Assembly: GCF_036365525.1 (NCBI RefSeq)
Contig: NC_090378.1
Location: forward strand, 115,615,593-115,679,592
DNA length: 64,000 nt
Direction: 5' to 3'
DNA from: Heterodontus francisci
Lineage: Eukaryota
A model generated the notes under the pieces. That model had not been told where the DNA came from. It ran no database searches and saw only the letters and a program-made list of their open reading frames with translations. Position numbers and translations under genes: made by a program. The first letter of the stretch is position 1, and the number at the start of each line of letters is the position of its first letter. Shown piece by piece: positions 13,501 to 28,500 of the stretch.

Positions 13501-16500
13501 CAGGGAGTGGGCAGTTTTGGAGGGAACCGGGAGCTGGCAGTCTTGGAATGAACAGGGAGTGGGCAGTTTTGGAGGGAACCGGGAGCTGGCAGTCTTGGAA
13601 TGAACAGGGAGCTGGCAGTAAATGAGGGAGCAGGGAGTGGGCAGTATTGGAGGCAGCAAGGATTGGCAGTATTGGAGGGAGCAGGGAGTGGGCAGTTTTG
13701 GAGGGAACCGGGAGCTGGCAGTCTTGGAATGAACAGGGATCTGGCAGTATTGGAGGGAGCAGGGAGTGGGCAGTATTGGAGGAACAGGGAGTGGGCAGTA
13801 TTGGTGGGAGCAGGGAGCTGGCAGTATTGGAGGAACAGGGAGCTGGCAGTATTGCAGTGAACAAGGAGCTGGCAGTATTGGAGGGAACAGTGAGCTGGCA
13901 GTATTGGAATGAACAGGGAGCTGGCAGTATTGGAGGCAGCAGGGAGTGGGCAGTATTGGAATGAACAGGCAGTGGGCAGTATTAGCGGGAGCAGGGAGTG
14001 GGCAGTATTGGAGGGAACAGGGAGCTGGCAGTATTGGAGATTACAGGGTGCTTGCAGTATTGGAGGGAGCAGGGAGTGGGCAGTATTGGAATGAACAGGC
14101 AGTGGGCAGTATTGCAGTGAACAAGGAGCTGGCAGTATTGGAGGGAACAGTGAGCTGGCAGTATTGGAGGGAACAGGGAGCTGGCAGTATTGGAGGGAAC
14201 AGGGAGCTGGCAGTATTGGGGGAAGCAGGGAGCTGGCAGTATTGGAGATAACAGGGTGCTGGCATTATTGGAGGCAGCAGGGAGTGGACAGTATTGCAGT
14301 GAACAAGGAGCTGGCAGTATTGGAGGGAGCAGGGAGTGGGCAGTATTGGAGGAACAGGGAGCTGGCAGTATTGGAGGAACAGGGAGCTGGCAGTATTGGA
14401 GGGAGCAGGGAGTGGGCACTATTGGAGGGAACAGGGAGCTGGCAGTAGTGGAAGACACAGGGAGCTGGCAGTATTGGAGGGAGCAGTGAGTGGCCAGTAT
14501 TGGAATGAACAGGGAGCTGGCATTATTAGAGGGAGCAGGGAGTGGGCAGTATTGGAGGCAGCAGGGATTGGCAGTATTGGAGGGAGCAGGGAGCTGGCAG
14601 TCTTGCAATGAACAGGGAGCTGGCAGTATTAGAGGGAGCAGGGAGTGGGCATTATTAGAGGGAGCAGGGAGTGGGCAGTATTGGAATGAACAGGCAGTGG
14701 GCAGTATTAGCGGGAGCAGGGAGTGGGCAGTATTAGAGGGAACAGGGAGAGGGCAGTATTGGAATGAACAGGCAGTGGGCAGTATTAGCGGGAGCAGGGA
14801 GTGGGCAGTATTGGAATGAACAGGCAGTGGGCAGTATTAGCGGGAGCAGGGAGTGGGCAGTATTAGAGGGAACAGGGAGTGGGCAGTATTGGAATGAACA
14901 GGCAGTGGGCAGTATTAGCGGGAGCAGGGAGTGGGCAGTATTGGAATGAACAGGCAGTGGGCAGTATTCGCGGGAGCAGGGAGTGGGCAGTATTAGAGGG
15001 AACAGGGAGTGGGCAGTATTGGAATGAACAGGCAGTGGGCAGTATTAGCGGGAGCAGGGAGTGGGCAGTATTAGCGGGAACAGGGAGTGGGCAGTATTGG
15101 AAGCAGCAGGGAGCTGGCAGTATTGGAATGAACAGGGAGCTGGCAGTATTAGAGGGAGCAGGGAGTGGACAGTATTAGAGGGAACAGGGAGTGGGCAGTA
15201 TTGGAAGCAGCAGGGAGCTGGCAGTATTGGAATGAACAGGGAGCTGGCAGTATTAGAGGGAGCAGGGAGTGGGCAGTATTAGCGGGAGCAGGGAGTGGGC
15301 AGTATTAGATGGAACAGGGAGTGGGCAGTATTGGAAGCAGCAGGGAGCTGGCAGTATTGGAATGAACAGGGAACTGGCAGTATTAGAGGGAGCAGGGAGT
15401 GGGCAGTATTGGAGGCAACAGGGAGTTGGCAGTATTGGAATGAACAGGGAGCTGGCAGTATTAGAGGGAGCAGGGAGTGGGCAGTATTGGAGGGAACAGG
15501 GAGCTGGCAGTATTGGAGGGAACAGGGAGCTGGCAGTATTGGAAGAAATAGGGAGCTGGCAGTATTGGAGGCAGCAGGGAGTGGGCAGTATTGGAGGGAA
15601 TAGGGAGCTGGCAGTTTTGGAGGGAACAGGGAGTGGGCAGTATTGGAGGGAAAAGGGGGCTGGCAGTATTGGAGGCAGCTGGGAGTGGGCATTATTGGAG
15701 GGAACAGGGGGCTGGCAGTATTGGAAGAAATAGGGAGCTGGCAGTATTGGAGGGAACAGGGAGCTGTCAGTATTGGAGGGAACAGGGAGCTGGCTGTATT
15801 GGAGGCAGCAGGGAGTGGACAGTATTGGAGGGAACTGGGAGCTGGCAGTATTGGAGGGAACAGGGAGCTGTCAGTATTGGAGGCAGCAGGGAGTGGACAG
15901 TATTGGAGGGAACTGGGAGCTGGCAGTATTGGAGGGAACAGGGAGGTGGCTGTATTGGAGGCTGCAGGGAGTGGACAGTATTGGAGGGAACTGGGAGCTG
16001 GCAGTATTGGAGGGAACAGGGAGCTGTCAGTATTGGAGGCAACAGGGATTGGCAGTATTGGAGGGAACAGGGAGCTGGCAGTATTGGAGGGAACAGGGAG
16101 CTGGCAGTATTGGAGGGAACAGGGGGCTGGCAGTATTGGAGGGAACAGGGAGCTGGCAGTATTGGAGGTAGCTGGGAGTGGGCAGTATTGGAGGGAATAG
16201 GGAGCTGGCAGTACTGGAGGGAACAGGGAGCTGGCAGTATTGGAGTGAACAGGGAGCTGGCAGTATTGGAGGGAAAAGGGAGCTGGCAGTATTGGAGGGA
16301 ACAGGGAGCTGGCAGTATTGGAGGTAGCTGGGAGTGGGCAGTATTGGAGGCATCAGGGATTGGCAGTATTGGAATGTGCAGGGAGTTGGCAGTATTAGAG
16401 GGAGCAGGGAGTTGGCAGTCTTGGAGGGAACAGGCAGCTGGCAGTATTGGAGGGAACTGGGAGCTGGCAGTATTGGAATGTGCAGGGAGTTGGCAGTATT

Positions 16501-19500
16501 AGAGGGAGCAGGGAGTTGGCAGTCTTGGAGGGAACAGGCAGCTGGCAGTATTGGAGGGAACTGGGAGCAGGCAGTATTGGAAGGTGCAGGGAGTTGGCAG
16601 TATTAGAGGGAGCAGGGATTTGGCAGCATTGGAGGGAACAGGGAGCTGGCAGTATTGGAGGGAACTGGGAGCAGGCAGTATTGGAAGGTGCAGGGAGTTG
16701 GCAGTATTAGAGGGAGCAGGGAGTGGGCAGTATTGGAGGGAACAGGCAGCTGGCAGTATTGGAGGGAACTGGGAGCAGGCAGTATTGGAAGGTGCAGGGA
16801 GTTGGCAGTATTAGAGGGAGCAGGGAGTTGGCAGCATTGGAGGGAACAGGGAGCTGGCCGTATTGGAGGCAGCAGTGAGCTGGCAGAATTAGAGGGAGCA
16901 GGGAGTGGGCAGTATTGGAGGGAAAAGGGAGTTGGCAGTATTGGAATGAACAGGGAGCTGGCAGTATTGGAAGCAGCAGGGAGCTGGCGGTATTGGAGGG
17001 AACAGGGAGTTGGCAGCATTGGAATGAACAGGGAGCTGGCAGTATTAGAGGGAGCAGGGAGTGGACAGTATTGGAGGGAACTGGGAGCTGGCTGTATTGG
17101 AGGCAGCAGGGAGTGGACAGTATTGGAGGGAACTGGGAGTTGGCAGTATTGGAGGGAACAGGGAGCTGTCAGTATTGGAGTCAGCAGGGAGTGGACCTTA
17201 TTGGAGGGTACTGGGAGCTGGCAGTATTGGAGGGAACAGGGGGCTGGCTGTATTGGAGGCAGCAGGGAGTGGACAGTATTGGAGGGAACTGGGAGCTGGC
17301 AGTATTGGAGGGAACAGGGAGCTGTCAGCATTGGAGGCAGCAGGGATTGGCAGTATTGGAGGGAACAGGGAGCTGGCGATATTGGAGGCAGCAGGGAGTG
17401 GACATTATTGGAGGGAACAGGGGGCTGGCAGTATTGGAGGGAACACGAGCTGGCAGTATTGGAGGCAGCAGGGAGTGGACATTATTGGAGGGAACAGGGG
17501 GCTGGCAGTATTGGAGGCAGCAGGGAGTTGGCATTATTGGAGGGAACAGGGAGCTGGCAGTATTGGAGGCAGCTGGCAGTGGGCATTATTGGAGGGAACA
17601 GGGGGCTGGCAGTATTGGAAGAAATAGGGGGCTGGCAGTATTGGAGGCAGCAGGGAGTGGGCATTATTGGAGGGAACAGGGAGCTGGCAGTATTGGAGGC
17701 AGCTGGCAGTGGGCATTATTGGAGGGAACAGGGGGCTGGCAGTATTGGAAGAAATAGGGAGCTGGCAGTATTGGAGGCAGCAGGGAGTGGGCATTATTGG
17801 AGGGCATAGGAAGCTGGCAGTATTGGAGGGAACAGGGAGTGGGCAGTATTGGAGGGAACAGGGAGCTGGCAGTATTGGAGGCAGCAGGGATTGGCAGTAT
17901 TGGAGGGAACAGGGAGCTGGCAGTATTGGAGCGAACAGGGGGCTGGCAGTATTGGAGGGAACAGGGAGCTGGCAGTATTGGATGTAGCTGGGAGTGGGCA
18001 GTATTGGAGGGAATATGGAGCTGGCAGTATTGGAGGGAACAGGGAGCTGGCAGTATTGGAGGCAGCAGGGAGTGGACAGTATTGGAGGGAACTGGGAGCT
18101 GGCAGTATTGGAGGGAACAGGGAGCTGGCAGTATTGGAGGCTGCTGGGAGTGGACAGTATTGGAGGGAACTGGGAGCTGGCAGTATTGGAGGGAACAGGG
18201 AGCTGGCAGTATTGGAGTGAACAGCGAGCTGGCAGTATTGGAGGCAGCAGGGAGTGGACAGTATTGGAGGGAACTGGGAGCTGGCAGTATTGGAGGGAAC
18301 AGGGAGCTGGCAGTATTGGAGGGAACAGGGAGCTGGCAGTATTGGAGGCAGCAGGGATTGGCAGTATTGGAGGGAACAGGGAGCTGGCAGTATTGGAGCG
18401 AACAGGGGGCTGGCAGTATTGGAGGGAACAGGGAGCTGGCAGTATTGGATGTAGCTGGGAGTGGGCAGTATTGGAGGGAATATGGAGCTGGCAGTATTGG
18501 AGGGAACAGGGAGCTGGCAGTATTGGCGTGAACAGGGAGCTGGCAGTATTGGAGGGAAAAGGGAGCTGGCAGTATTGGAGGGAACAGGGAGCTGGCAGTA
18601 TTGGAGGTAGCTGGGAGTGGGCAGTATTGGAGGCAGCAGGGTTTGGCAGGATTGGAGGGAACAGGGAGCTGGCAGTATTGGAGTGAACAGGGAGCTGGCA
18701 GTATTGGATGGAACAGGGGGCTGGCAGTATTGGAGGGAACAGGGAGCTGGCGGTATTGGAGGGAACAGGGAGCTGGCAGTATTGGAGGGAGCTGTGAGTG
18801 GGCAGTATTCGTGGGAACAGGGAACTGGAAGTATTGGAGGAAACAGGGAGCTGGCAGTATTGGAGGCAGCGGGGATTGGCAGTATTGGAGGGAACAGGGA
18901 GCTGGCAGTATTGGAGGGAACAGGGAGCCGGCAGTATTGGAGGCAGCAGGGATTGGCAGTATTGGAGGGAACAGGGAGCTGGCAGTATTGGAGGGAACAG
19001 GGAGCTGTCAGTATTGGAGGTAGCAGGGAATGGACAGTATTGGAGGGAACTGGGAGCTGGCAGTATTGGAGGGAACAGGGAGCTGTCAGTATTGGAGGGA
19101 ACAGGGAGCTGGCTGTATTGGAGGCAGCAGGGAGTGGACAGTATTGGAGGGAACTGGGAGCTGGCAGTATTGGAGGGAACAGGGAGCTGTCAGTATTGGA
19201 GGCAGCAGGGATTCGCAGTATTGGAGGGAACAGGGAGCTGGCAGTATTGGAGGGAACTGGGAGCTGGCAGTATTGGAGGGAACAGGGAGCTGTCAGTATT
19301 GGAGGTAGCAGGGAGTGGACAGTATTGGAGGGAACTGGGAGCTGGCAGTATTGGAGGGAACAGGGAGCTAGCTGTATTGGAGGCAGCAGGGAGTGGACAG
19401 TATTGGAGGGAACTGGGAGCTGGCAGTATTGGAGGGAACAGGGAGCTGTCAGTATTGGAGGCAGCAGGGATTGGCAGTATTGGAGGAAACAGGGAGCTGG

Positions 19501-22500
19501 CAGTATTGGAGGGAACAGGGAGCTGGCAGTATTGGAGGGAACAGGGGGCTGGCAGTATTGGAGGGAACAGGGAGCTGGCAGTATTGGAGGTAGCTGGGAG
19601 TGGGCAGTATTGGAGGGAATAGGGAGCTGGCAGTATTGGAGGGAACAGGGAGCTGGCAGTTTTGGAGTGAACAGAGAGCTGGCAGTATTGGAGGGAAAAG
19701 GGAGCTGGCAGTATTGGAGGGAACAGGGAGCTGGCAGTATTGGTGGTAGCAGGGATTGGCAGTATTGGAGGGAACAGGGAGATGGCAGTATTGGAGTGAA
19801 CAGGGAGCTGGCAGTATTGGAAGGTGCAGGGAGTTGGCAGTATTAGAGGGAGCAGGGAGTTGGCAGTATTGGAGGGAACAGGCAGCTGGCAGTATTGGAG
19901 GAATCTGGGAGCAGGCATATTGGAAGGTGCAGGGAGTTGGCAGTATTGGAGGCAGCAGGGAGTGGGCAGTATTGGAGGGAACAGGCAGCTGGCAGTATTG
20001 GAGGGAACTGGGAGCAGGCAGTATTGGAAGGTGCAGGGAGTTGGCAGTATTAGAGGGAGCAGGGCGTTGGCAGTATTGGAGGGAACACGGAGCTGGCAGT
20101 ATTGGAGGGAACAGGGAGTGGGCAGTATTGGAGGGAACAGGGAGTTGGCAGTATTGGAGGGAACAGGGAGCTGGCAGTATTGGAGGCAGCAGTGAGCTGG
20201 CAGAATTAGAGGGAGCAGGGAGTGGGCAGTATTGGAGGGAAAAGGGAGTTGGCAGTATTGGAATGAACAGGGAGCTGGCAGTATTGGAGGCAGCAGTGAG
20301 CTGGCAGAATTAGAGGGAGCAGGGAGTGGGCAGTATTGGAGGGAAAAGGGAGTTGGCAGTGTTGGAATGAACAGGGAGCTGGCAGTATTGGAAGCAGCAG
20401 GGAGCTGGCAGTATTGGAGGGAACAGGGAGTTGGCAGTATTGGGATGAACTGGGAGCTGGCAGTATTAGAGGGAGCAGGGAGTGGGCAGTATTGGAGGGA
20501 ACAGAGAGCTGGCAGTATTGGAGGGAACAGGGAGCTGGCATTATTGGAGGGAACAGGGGGCTGGCAGTATTGGAAGAAATAGGCAGCTGGCAGTATTGGA
20601 GGCAGCAGTGAGTGGGCATTATTGGAAGGAACTGGGAGCTGGCAGTATTGGAGGGAACAGGGAGCTGGCAGTATTGGAGGGAACAGGGAGCTGGCTGTAT
20701 TGGAGGCAGCAGGGAGTGGACAGTATTGGAGGCACCTGGGAGCTGGCAGTATTGGAGGGAACAGGGAGTTGTCAGTATTGGAGGAAGCAGGGAGTGGACA
20801 TTATTGGAGGGAACTGGGAGCTGGCAGTATTGGAGGGAACAGGGAGCTGGCTGTATTGGAGGCAGCAGGGAGTGGACAGTATTGGAGGGAACTGGGAGCT
20901 GGCAGTATTGGAGGGAACAGGGAGCTGTCAGTATTGGAGGCAGCAGGGATTGGCAGTATTGGAGGGAACAGGGAGCTGGCGATATTGGAGGCAGCAGGGA
21001 GTGGGCAGTATTGGAGGGAACAGGGAGCTGGCAGTATTGGAGGGAACAGGGAGCTGGCAGTATAGGAGGCAGCAGGGAGTGGACATTATTGGAGGGAACA
21101 GGGGGCTGGCAGTATTGGAGGCAGCAGGGAGTTGGCATTATTGGAGGGAACAGGGGTTGGCAGTATTGGAGGCAGCACGGAGTGGGCATTATTGGAGGGA
21201 AAGGGGGCTGGCAGTATTGGAGGCAGCAGGGAGTGGGCATTATTGGAGGGAACAGGGAGCTGGCAGTATTGGAGGCAGCTGGGAGTGGACAGTATTGGAG
21301 GGAACTGGGAGCTGGCAGTATTGGAGGGAACAGGGAGCTGGCAGTATTGGAGGGAACAGGGAGCTGGCAGTATTGGAGGCAGCAGGGAGTGGACAGTATT
21401 GGAGGGAACTGGGAGCTGGCAGTATTGGAGGGAACAGGGAGCTGGCAGTATTGGAGGGAACAGGGAGCTGGCTGTATTGGAGTCAGCAGGGAGTGGACAG
21501 TATTGGAGGGAACTGGGAGCTGGCAGTATTGGAGGGAACAGGGAGCTGTCAGTCTTGGAGGCAGCAGGGATTGGCAGTATTGGAGGGAACAGGGAGCTGG
21601 CAGTATTGGAGGGAACAGGGGGCTGGCAGTATTGGAGGGAACAGGGAGCTGGCAGTATTGGAGGTAGCTGGGAGTGGGCAGTATTGGAGGGAATAGGGAG
21701 CTGGCATTATTGGAGGGAACAGGAAGCTGGCGGTATTGGAGGGAACAGGGAGCTGGCAGTATTGGAGGGAACAGGGAGCTGGCAGTATTGGAGGCAGCAG
21801 GGAGTGGACAGAATTGGAGGGAACTGGGAGCTGGCAGTATTGCAGGGAACAGGGAGCTGGCAGTATTGGAGGGAACAGGGAGCTGGCTGTATTGGAGGTA
21901 GCTGGGAGTGGGCAGTATTGGAGGGAATAGGGAGCTGGCAGTATTGGAGGGAACAGGGGACTGGCAGTATTGGAGGGAACAGGGAGCTGGCAGTATTGGA
22001 GGTAGCTGGGAGTGGGCAGTATTGGAGGGAATAGGGAGCTGGCAGTATTGGAGGGAACAGGGAGCTGGCGGTATTGGAGTGAACAGGGAGCTGGCAGTAT
22101 TGGAGGGAAAAAGGAGCTGGGATTATTGGAGGGAACTGGGAGCTGGCAGTATTGGAGGTAGCTGGGAGTGGGCAGTATTGGAGGCAGCAGGGATTGGCAG
22201 GATTGGAGGGAACAGGGAGCTGGCAGTATTGGAGGGAACAGGGAGCTGGCAGGATTGGAGGTAGCAGGGATTCGCAGTATTGGAGGGAACAGGGAGCTGG
22301 CAGTATTGGAGTGAACAGGGAGCTGGCAGTATTGGAAGGTGCAGGGAGTTGGCAGTATTAGAGGGAGCAGGGAGTTGGCAGTATTGGAGGTAACAGGCAG
22401 CTGGCAGTATTGGAGGGAACTGGGAGCAGGCAGTATTGGAAGGTGCAGGGAGTTGGCAGTATTGGAGGCAGCAGGGAGTGGGCAGTATTGGAGGGAACAG

Positions 22501-25500
22501 GCAGCTGGCAGTATTGGAGGGAACTGGGAGCAGGCAGTATTGGAAGGTGCAGGGAGTTGGCAGTATTAGAGGGAGCAGGGCGTTGGCAGTATTGGAGGGA
22601 ACACGGAGCTGGCAGTATTGGAGGGAACAGGGAGTGGGCAGTATTGGAGGGAACAGGGAGTTGGCAGTATTGGAGGGAACAGGGAGCTGGCAGTATTGGA
22701 GGCAGCAGTGAGCTGGCAGAATTAGAAGGAGCAGGGAGTGGGCAGTATTGGAGGGAAAAGGGAGTTGGCAGTATTGGAATGAACAGGGAGCTGGCAGTAT
22801 TGGAGGCAGCAGTGAGCTGGCAGAATTAGAGGGAGCAGGGAGTGGGCAGTATTGGAGGGAATAGGGAGCTGGCAGTATTGGAGGGAACAGGGAGCTGGCG
22901 GTATTGGAGTGAACAGGGAGCTGGCAGTATTGGAGGGAAAAAGGAGATGGGATTATTGGAGGGAACAGGGAGCTGGCCGTATTGGAGGTAGCTGGGAGTG
23001 GGCAGTATTGGAGGCAGCAGGGATTGGCAGGATTGGAGGGAACAGGGAGCTGGCAGTATTGGAGGGAACAGGGAGCTGGCAGTATTGAAGGGAACAGGGG
23101 GCTGGCAGAATTGGAGGGAACAGGGAGCTGGCAGTATTGGAGGTAGCTGGGAGTGGGCAGTATTGGAGGGAACAGGGAGCTGGCAGTTTTGGAGTGAACA
23201 GAGAGCTGGCAGTATTGGAGGGAAAAGGGAGCTGGCAGTATTGGAGGGAACAGGGAGCTGGCAGTATTGGAGGTAGCAGGGATTCGCAGTATTGGAGGGA
23301 ACAGGGAGCTGGCAGTATTGGAGTGAACAGGGAGCTGGCAGTATTGGAAGGTGCAGGGAGTTGGCAGTATTAGAGGGAGCAGGGAGTTGGCAGTATTGGA
23401 GGTAACAGGCAGCTGGCAGTATTGGAGGGAACTGGGAGCAGGCAGTATTGGAAGGTGCAGGGAGTTGGCAGTATTGGAGGCAGCAGGGAGTGGGCAGTAT
23501 TGGAGGGAACAGGCAGCTGGCAGTATTGGAGGGAACTGGGAGCAGGCAGTATTGGAAGGTGCAGGGAGTTGGCAGTATTAGAGGGAGCAGGGCGTTGGCA
23601 GTATTGGAGGGAACACGGAGCTGGCAGTATTGGAGGGAACAGGGAGTGGGCAGTATTGGAGGGAACAGGGAGTTGGCAGTATTGGAGGGAACAGGGAGCT
23701 GGCAGTATTGGAGGCAGCAGTGAGCTGGCAGAATTAGAGGGAGCAGGGAGTGGGCAGTATTGGAGGGAAAAGGGAGTTGGCAGTATTGGAATGAACAGGG
23801 AGCTGGCAGTATTGGAGGCAGCAGTGAGCTGGCAGAATTAGAGGGAGCAGGGAGTGGGCAGTATTGGAGGGAAAAGGGAGTTGGCAGTGTTGGGATGAAC
23901 TGGGAGCTGGCAGTATTAGAGGGAGCAGGGAGTGGGCAGTATTGGAGGGAACAGGGAGTTGGCAGTATTGGGATGAACTGGGAGCTGGCAGTATTAGAGG
24001 GAGCAGGGAGTGGGCAGTATTGGAGGGAACAGAGAGCTGGCAGTATTGGAGGGAACAGGGAGCTGGCATTATTGGAGGGAACAGGGGGCTGGCAGAATTG
24101 GAAGAAATAGGGAGCTGGCAGTATTGGAGGCAGCAGTGAGTGGGCATTATTGGAAGGAACTGGGAGCTGGCAGTATTGGAGGGAACAGGGAGCTGGCAGT
24201 ATTGGAGGGAACAGGGAGCTGGCTGTATTGGAGGCAGCAGGGAGTGGAGAGTATTGGAGGCACCTGGGAGCTGGCAGTATTGGAGGGAACAGGGAGTTGG
24301 CAGTATTGGGATGAACTGGGAGCTGGCAGTATTAGAGGGAGCAGGGAGTGGGCAGTATTGGAGGATACAGAGAGCTGGCAGTATTGGAGGGAACAGGGAG
24401 CTGGCATTATTGGAGGGAACAGGGGGCTGGCAGTATTGGAAGAAATAGGGAGCTGGCAGTATTGGAGGCAGCAGTGAGTGGGCATTATTGGAAGGAACTA
24501 TGTGCTGGCAGTATTGGAGGGAACAGGGAGCTGGCAGTATTGGAGGGAACAGGGAGCTGGCTGTATTGGAGGCAGCAGGGAGTGGACAGTATTGGAGGTA
24601 CCTGGGAGCTGGCAGTATTGGAGGGAACAGGGAGATGTCAGTATTGGAGGAAGCAGGGAGTGGACATTATTGGAGGGAACTGGGAGCTGGCAGTATTGGA
24701 GGGAACAGGGAGCTGGCTGTATTGGAGGCAGCAGGGAGTGGACAGTATTGGAGGGAACTGGGAGCTGGCAGTATTGGAGGGAACAGGGAGCTGTCAGTAT
24801 TGGAGGCAGCAGGGATTGGCAGTATTGGAGGGAACAGGGAGCTGGCGATATTGGAGGCAGCAGGGAGTGGGCAGTATTGGAGGGAACAGGGAGCTGGCAG
24901 TATTGGAGGGAACAGGGAGCTGGCAGTATTGGAGGGAACAGGGGGCTGGCAGTATTGGAGGGAACAGGGAGCTGGCAGTATTGGAGGTAGCTGGGAGTGG
25001 GCAGTATTGGAGGGAATAGGGAGCTGGCAGTATTGGAGGGAACAGGGAGCTGGCTGTTTTGGAGTGAACAGAGAGCTGGCAGTATTGGAGGGAAAAGGGA
25101 GCTGGCAGTATTGGAGGGAACAGGGAGCTGGCAGTATTGGAGGTAGCAGGGATTGGCAGTATTGGAGGGAACAGGGAGCTGGCAGTATTGGAGTGAACAG
25201 GGAGCTGGCAGTATTGGAAGGTGCAGGGAGTTGGCAGTATTAGAGGGAGCAGGGAGTTGGCAGTATTGGAGGGAACAGGCAGCTGGCAGTATTGGAGGGA
25301 ACTGGGAGCAGGCAGTATTTGAAGGTGCAGGGAGATGGCATTATTGGAGGCAGCAAGGAGTGGGCAGTATTGGAGGGAACAGGCAGCTGGCAGTATTGGA
25401 GGGAACTGGGAGCAGGCAGTATTGGAAGGTGCAGGGAGTTGGCAGTATTAGAGGGAGCAGGGCGTTGGCAGTATTGGAGGGAACACGGAGCTGGCTGTAT

Positions 25501-28500
25501 TGGAGGGAACAGGGAGTGGGCAGTATTGGAGGGAACAGGGAGTTGGCAGTATTGGAGGGAACAGGGAGCTGGCAGTATTGGAGGCAGCAGTGAGCTGGCA
25601 GAATTAGAGGGAGCAGGGAGTGGGCAGTATTGGAGGGAAAAGGGAGTTGGCAGTATTGGAATGAACAGGGAGCTGGCAGTATTGGAGGCAGCAGTGAGCT
25701 GGCAGAATTAGAGGGAGCAGGGAGTGGGCAGTATTGGAGGGAAAAGGGAGTTGGCAGTGTTGGAATGAACAGGGAGCTGGCAGTATTGGAAGCAGCAGGG
25801 AGCTGGCAGTATTGGAGGGAACAGGGAGTTGGCAGTATTGGGATGAACTGGGAGCTGGCAGTATTAGAGGGAGCAGGGAGTGGGCAGTATTGGAAGGAAC
25901 AGAGAGCTGGCAGTATTGGAGGGAACAGGGAGCTGGCATTATTGGAGGGAACAGGGGGCTGGCAGTATTGGAAGAAATAGGGAGCTGGCAGTATTGGAGG
26001 CAGCAGTGAGTGGGCATTATTGGAAGGAACTGGGAGCTGGCAGTATTGGAGGGAACAGGGAGCTGGCAGTATTGGAGGGAACAGGGAGCTGGCTGTATTG
26101 GAGGCAGCAGGGAGTGGACAGTATTGGAGGCACCTGGGAGCTGGCAGTATTGGAGGGAACAGGGAGTTGTCAGTATTGGAGGAAGCAGGGAGTGGACATT
26201 ATTGGAGGGAACTGGGAGCTGGCAGTATTGGAGGGAACAGGGAGCTGGCTGTATTGGAGGCAGCAGGGAGTGGACAGTATTGGAGGGAACTGGGAGCTGG
26301 CAGTATTGGAGGGAACAGGGAGCTGTCAGTATTGGAGGCAGCAGGGATTGGCAGTATTGGAGGGAACAGGGAGCTGGCGATATTGGAGGCAGCAGGGAGT
26401 GGGCAGGATTGGAGGGAACAGGGAGCTGGCAGTATTGGAGGGAAAAGGGAGCTGGCAGTATTGGAGGGAACAAGGGGCTGGCAGTATTGGAGGGAACAGG
26501 GAGCTGGCAGTATTGGAGGTAGCTGGGAGTGGGCAGTATTGGAGGGAATAGGGAGCTGGCAGTATTGGAGGGAACAGGGAGCTGGCAGTTTTGGAGAGAA
26601 CAGAGAGCTGGCAGTATTGGAGGGAAAAGGGAGCTGGCAGTATTGGAGGGAACAGGGAGCTGGCAGTATTGGAGGTAGCAGGGATTGGCAGTATTGGAGG
26701 GAACAGGGAGCTGGCAGTATTGGAATGAACAGGGAGCTGGCAGTATTGGAAGGTGCAGGGCGTTGGCAGTATTAGAGGGAGCAGGGAGTTGGCAGTATTG
26801 GAGGGAACAGGCAGCTGGCAGTATTGGAGGGAACTGGGAGCAGGCAGTATTGGAAGGTGCAGGGAGTTGGCAGTATTGGAGGCAGCAGGGAGTGGGCAGT
26901 ATTGGAGGGAACAGGCAGCTGGATGTATTGGAGGGAACTGGGAGCAGGCAGTATTGGAAGGTGCAGGGAGTTGGCAGTATTAGAGGGAGCAGGGCGTTGG
27001 CAGCATTGGAGGGAACACGGAGCTGGCAGTATTGGAGGGAACAGGGAGTGGGCAGTATTGGAGGGAACAGGGAGTTGGCAGTATTGGAGGGAACAGGGAG
27101 CTGGCAGTATTGGAGGCAGCAGTGAGCTGGCAGAATTAGGGGGAGCAGGGAGTGGGCAGTATTGGAGGGAAAAGGGAGTTGGCAGTATTGGAATGAACAG
27201 GGAGCTGGCAGTATTGGAGGCAGCAGTGAGCTGGCAGAATTAGAGGGAGCAGGGAGTGGGCAGTATTGGAGGGAAAAGGGAGTTGGCAGTGTTGGAATGA
27301 ACAGGGAGCTGGCAGTATTGGAAGCAGCAGGGAGCTGGCAGTATTGGAGGGAACAGGGAGTTGGCAGTATTGGGATGAACTGGGAGCTGGCAGTATTAGA
27401 GGGAGCAGGGAGTGGGCAGTACTGGAGGGAACAGAGAGCTGGCAGTATTGGAGGGAACAGGGAGCTGGCATTATTGGAGGGAACAGGGGGCTGGCAGTAT
27501 TGGAGGGAACAGGGAGCTGGCTGTATTGGAGGCAGCAGGGAGTGGACAGTATTGGAGGGAACTGGGAGCTGGCAGTATTGGAGGGAACAGGGAGCTGGCA
27601 GTATTGGAGGGAACAGGGAGCTGGCTGTATTGGAGGCAGCAGGGAGTGGACAGTATTGGAGGGAACTGGGAGCTGGCAGTATTGGAGGGAACAGGGAGTT
27701 GTCAGTATTGGAGGCAGCAGGGATTGGCAGTATTGGAGGGAACAGGGAGCTGGCGATATTGGAGGCAGCAGGGAGTGGGCAGTATTGGAGGGAACAGGGA
27801 GCTAGCAGTATTGGAGGGAACAGGGAGCTGGCAGTATTGAAGACAGCAGAAAGTGGACATTATTGGAGGGAACAGGGGGCTGGCAGTATTGGAGGCAGCA
27901 GGGAGTTGGCATTATTGGTGGGAACAGGGGTTGGCAGTATTGGAGGCAGCAGGGAGTGGGCATTATTGGAGGGAAAGGGGGCTGGCAGTATTTGAAGAAA
28001 TAGGGGGCTGGCAGTATTGGAGGCAGCAGGGAGTGGGCATTATTGGAGGGAACAGGGAGCTGGCAGTATTGGAGGCAGCTGGGAGTGGACAGTATTGGAG
28101 GGAACTGGGAGCTGGCAGTATTGGAGGCAGCAGGGAGTGGACAGTATTGGAGGGAACTGGGAGCTGGCAGTATTGGAGGGAACAGGGAGCTGGCAGTATT
28201 GGAGGGAGCAGGGAGCTGGCTGTATTGGAGGCAGCAGGGAGTGGACAGTATTGGAGGGAACAGGGAGCTGGCAGTATTGGAGGGAACAGGGGGCTGGCAG
28301 TATTGGAGGGAACAGGGAGCTGGCAGTATTGGAGGTAGCTGGGAGTGGGCAGTATTGGAGGGAATAGGGAGCTGGCAGTATTGGAGGGAACAGGGAGCTG
28401 GCGGTATTGGAGGGAACAGGGAGCTGGCAGTATTGGAGGTCGCTGGGAGTGGGCAGTATTGGAGGGAACAGGGAGCTGGCAGTATTGGAGGGAACAGGGA

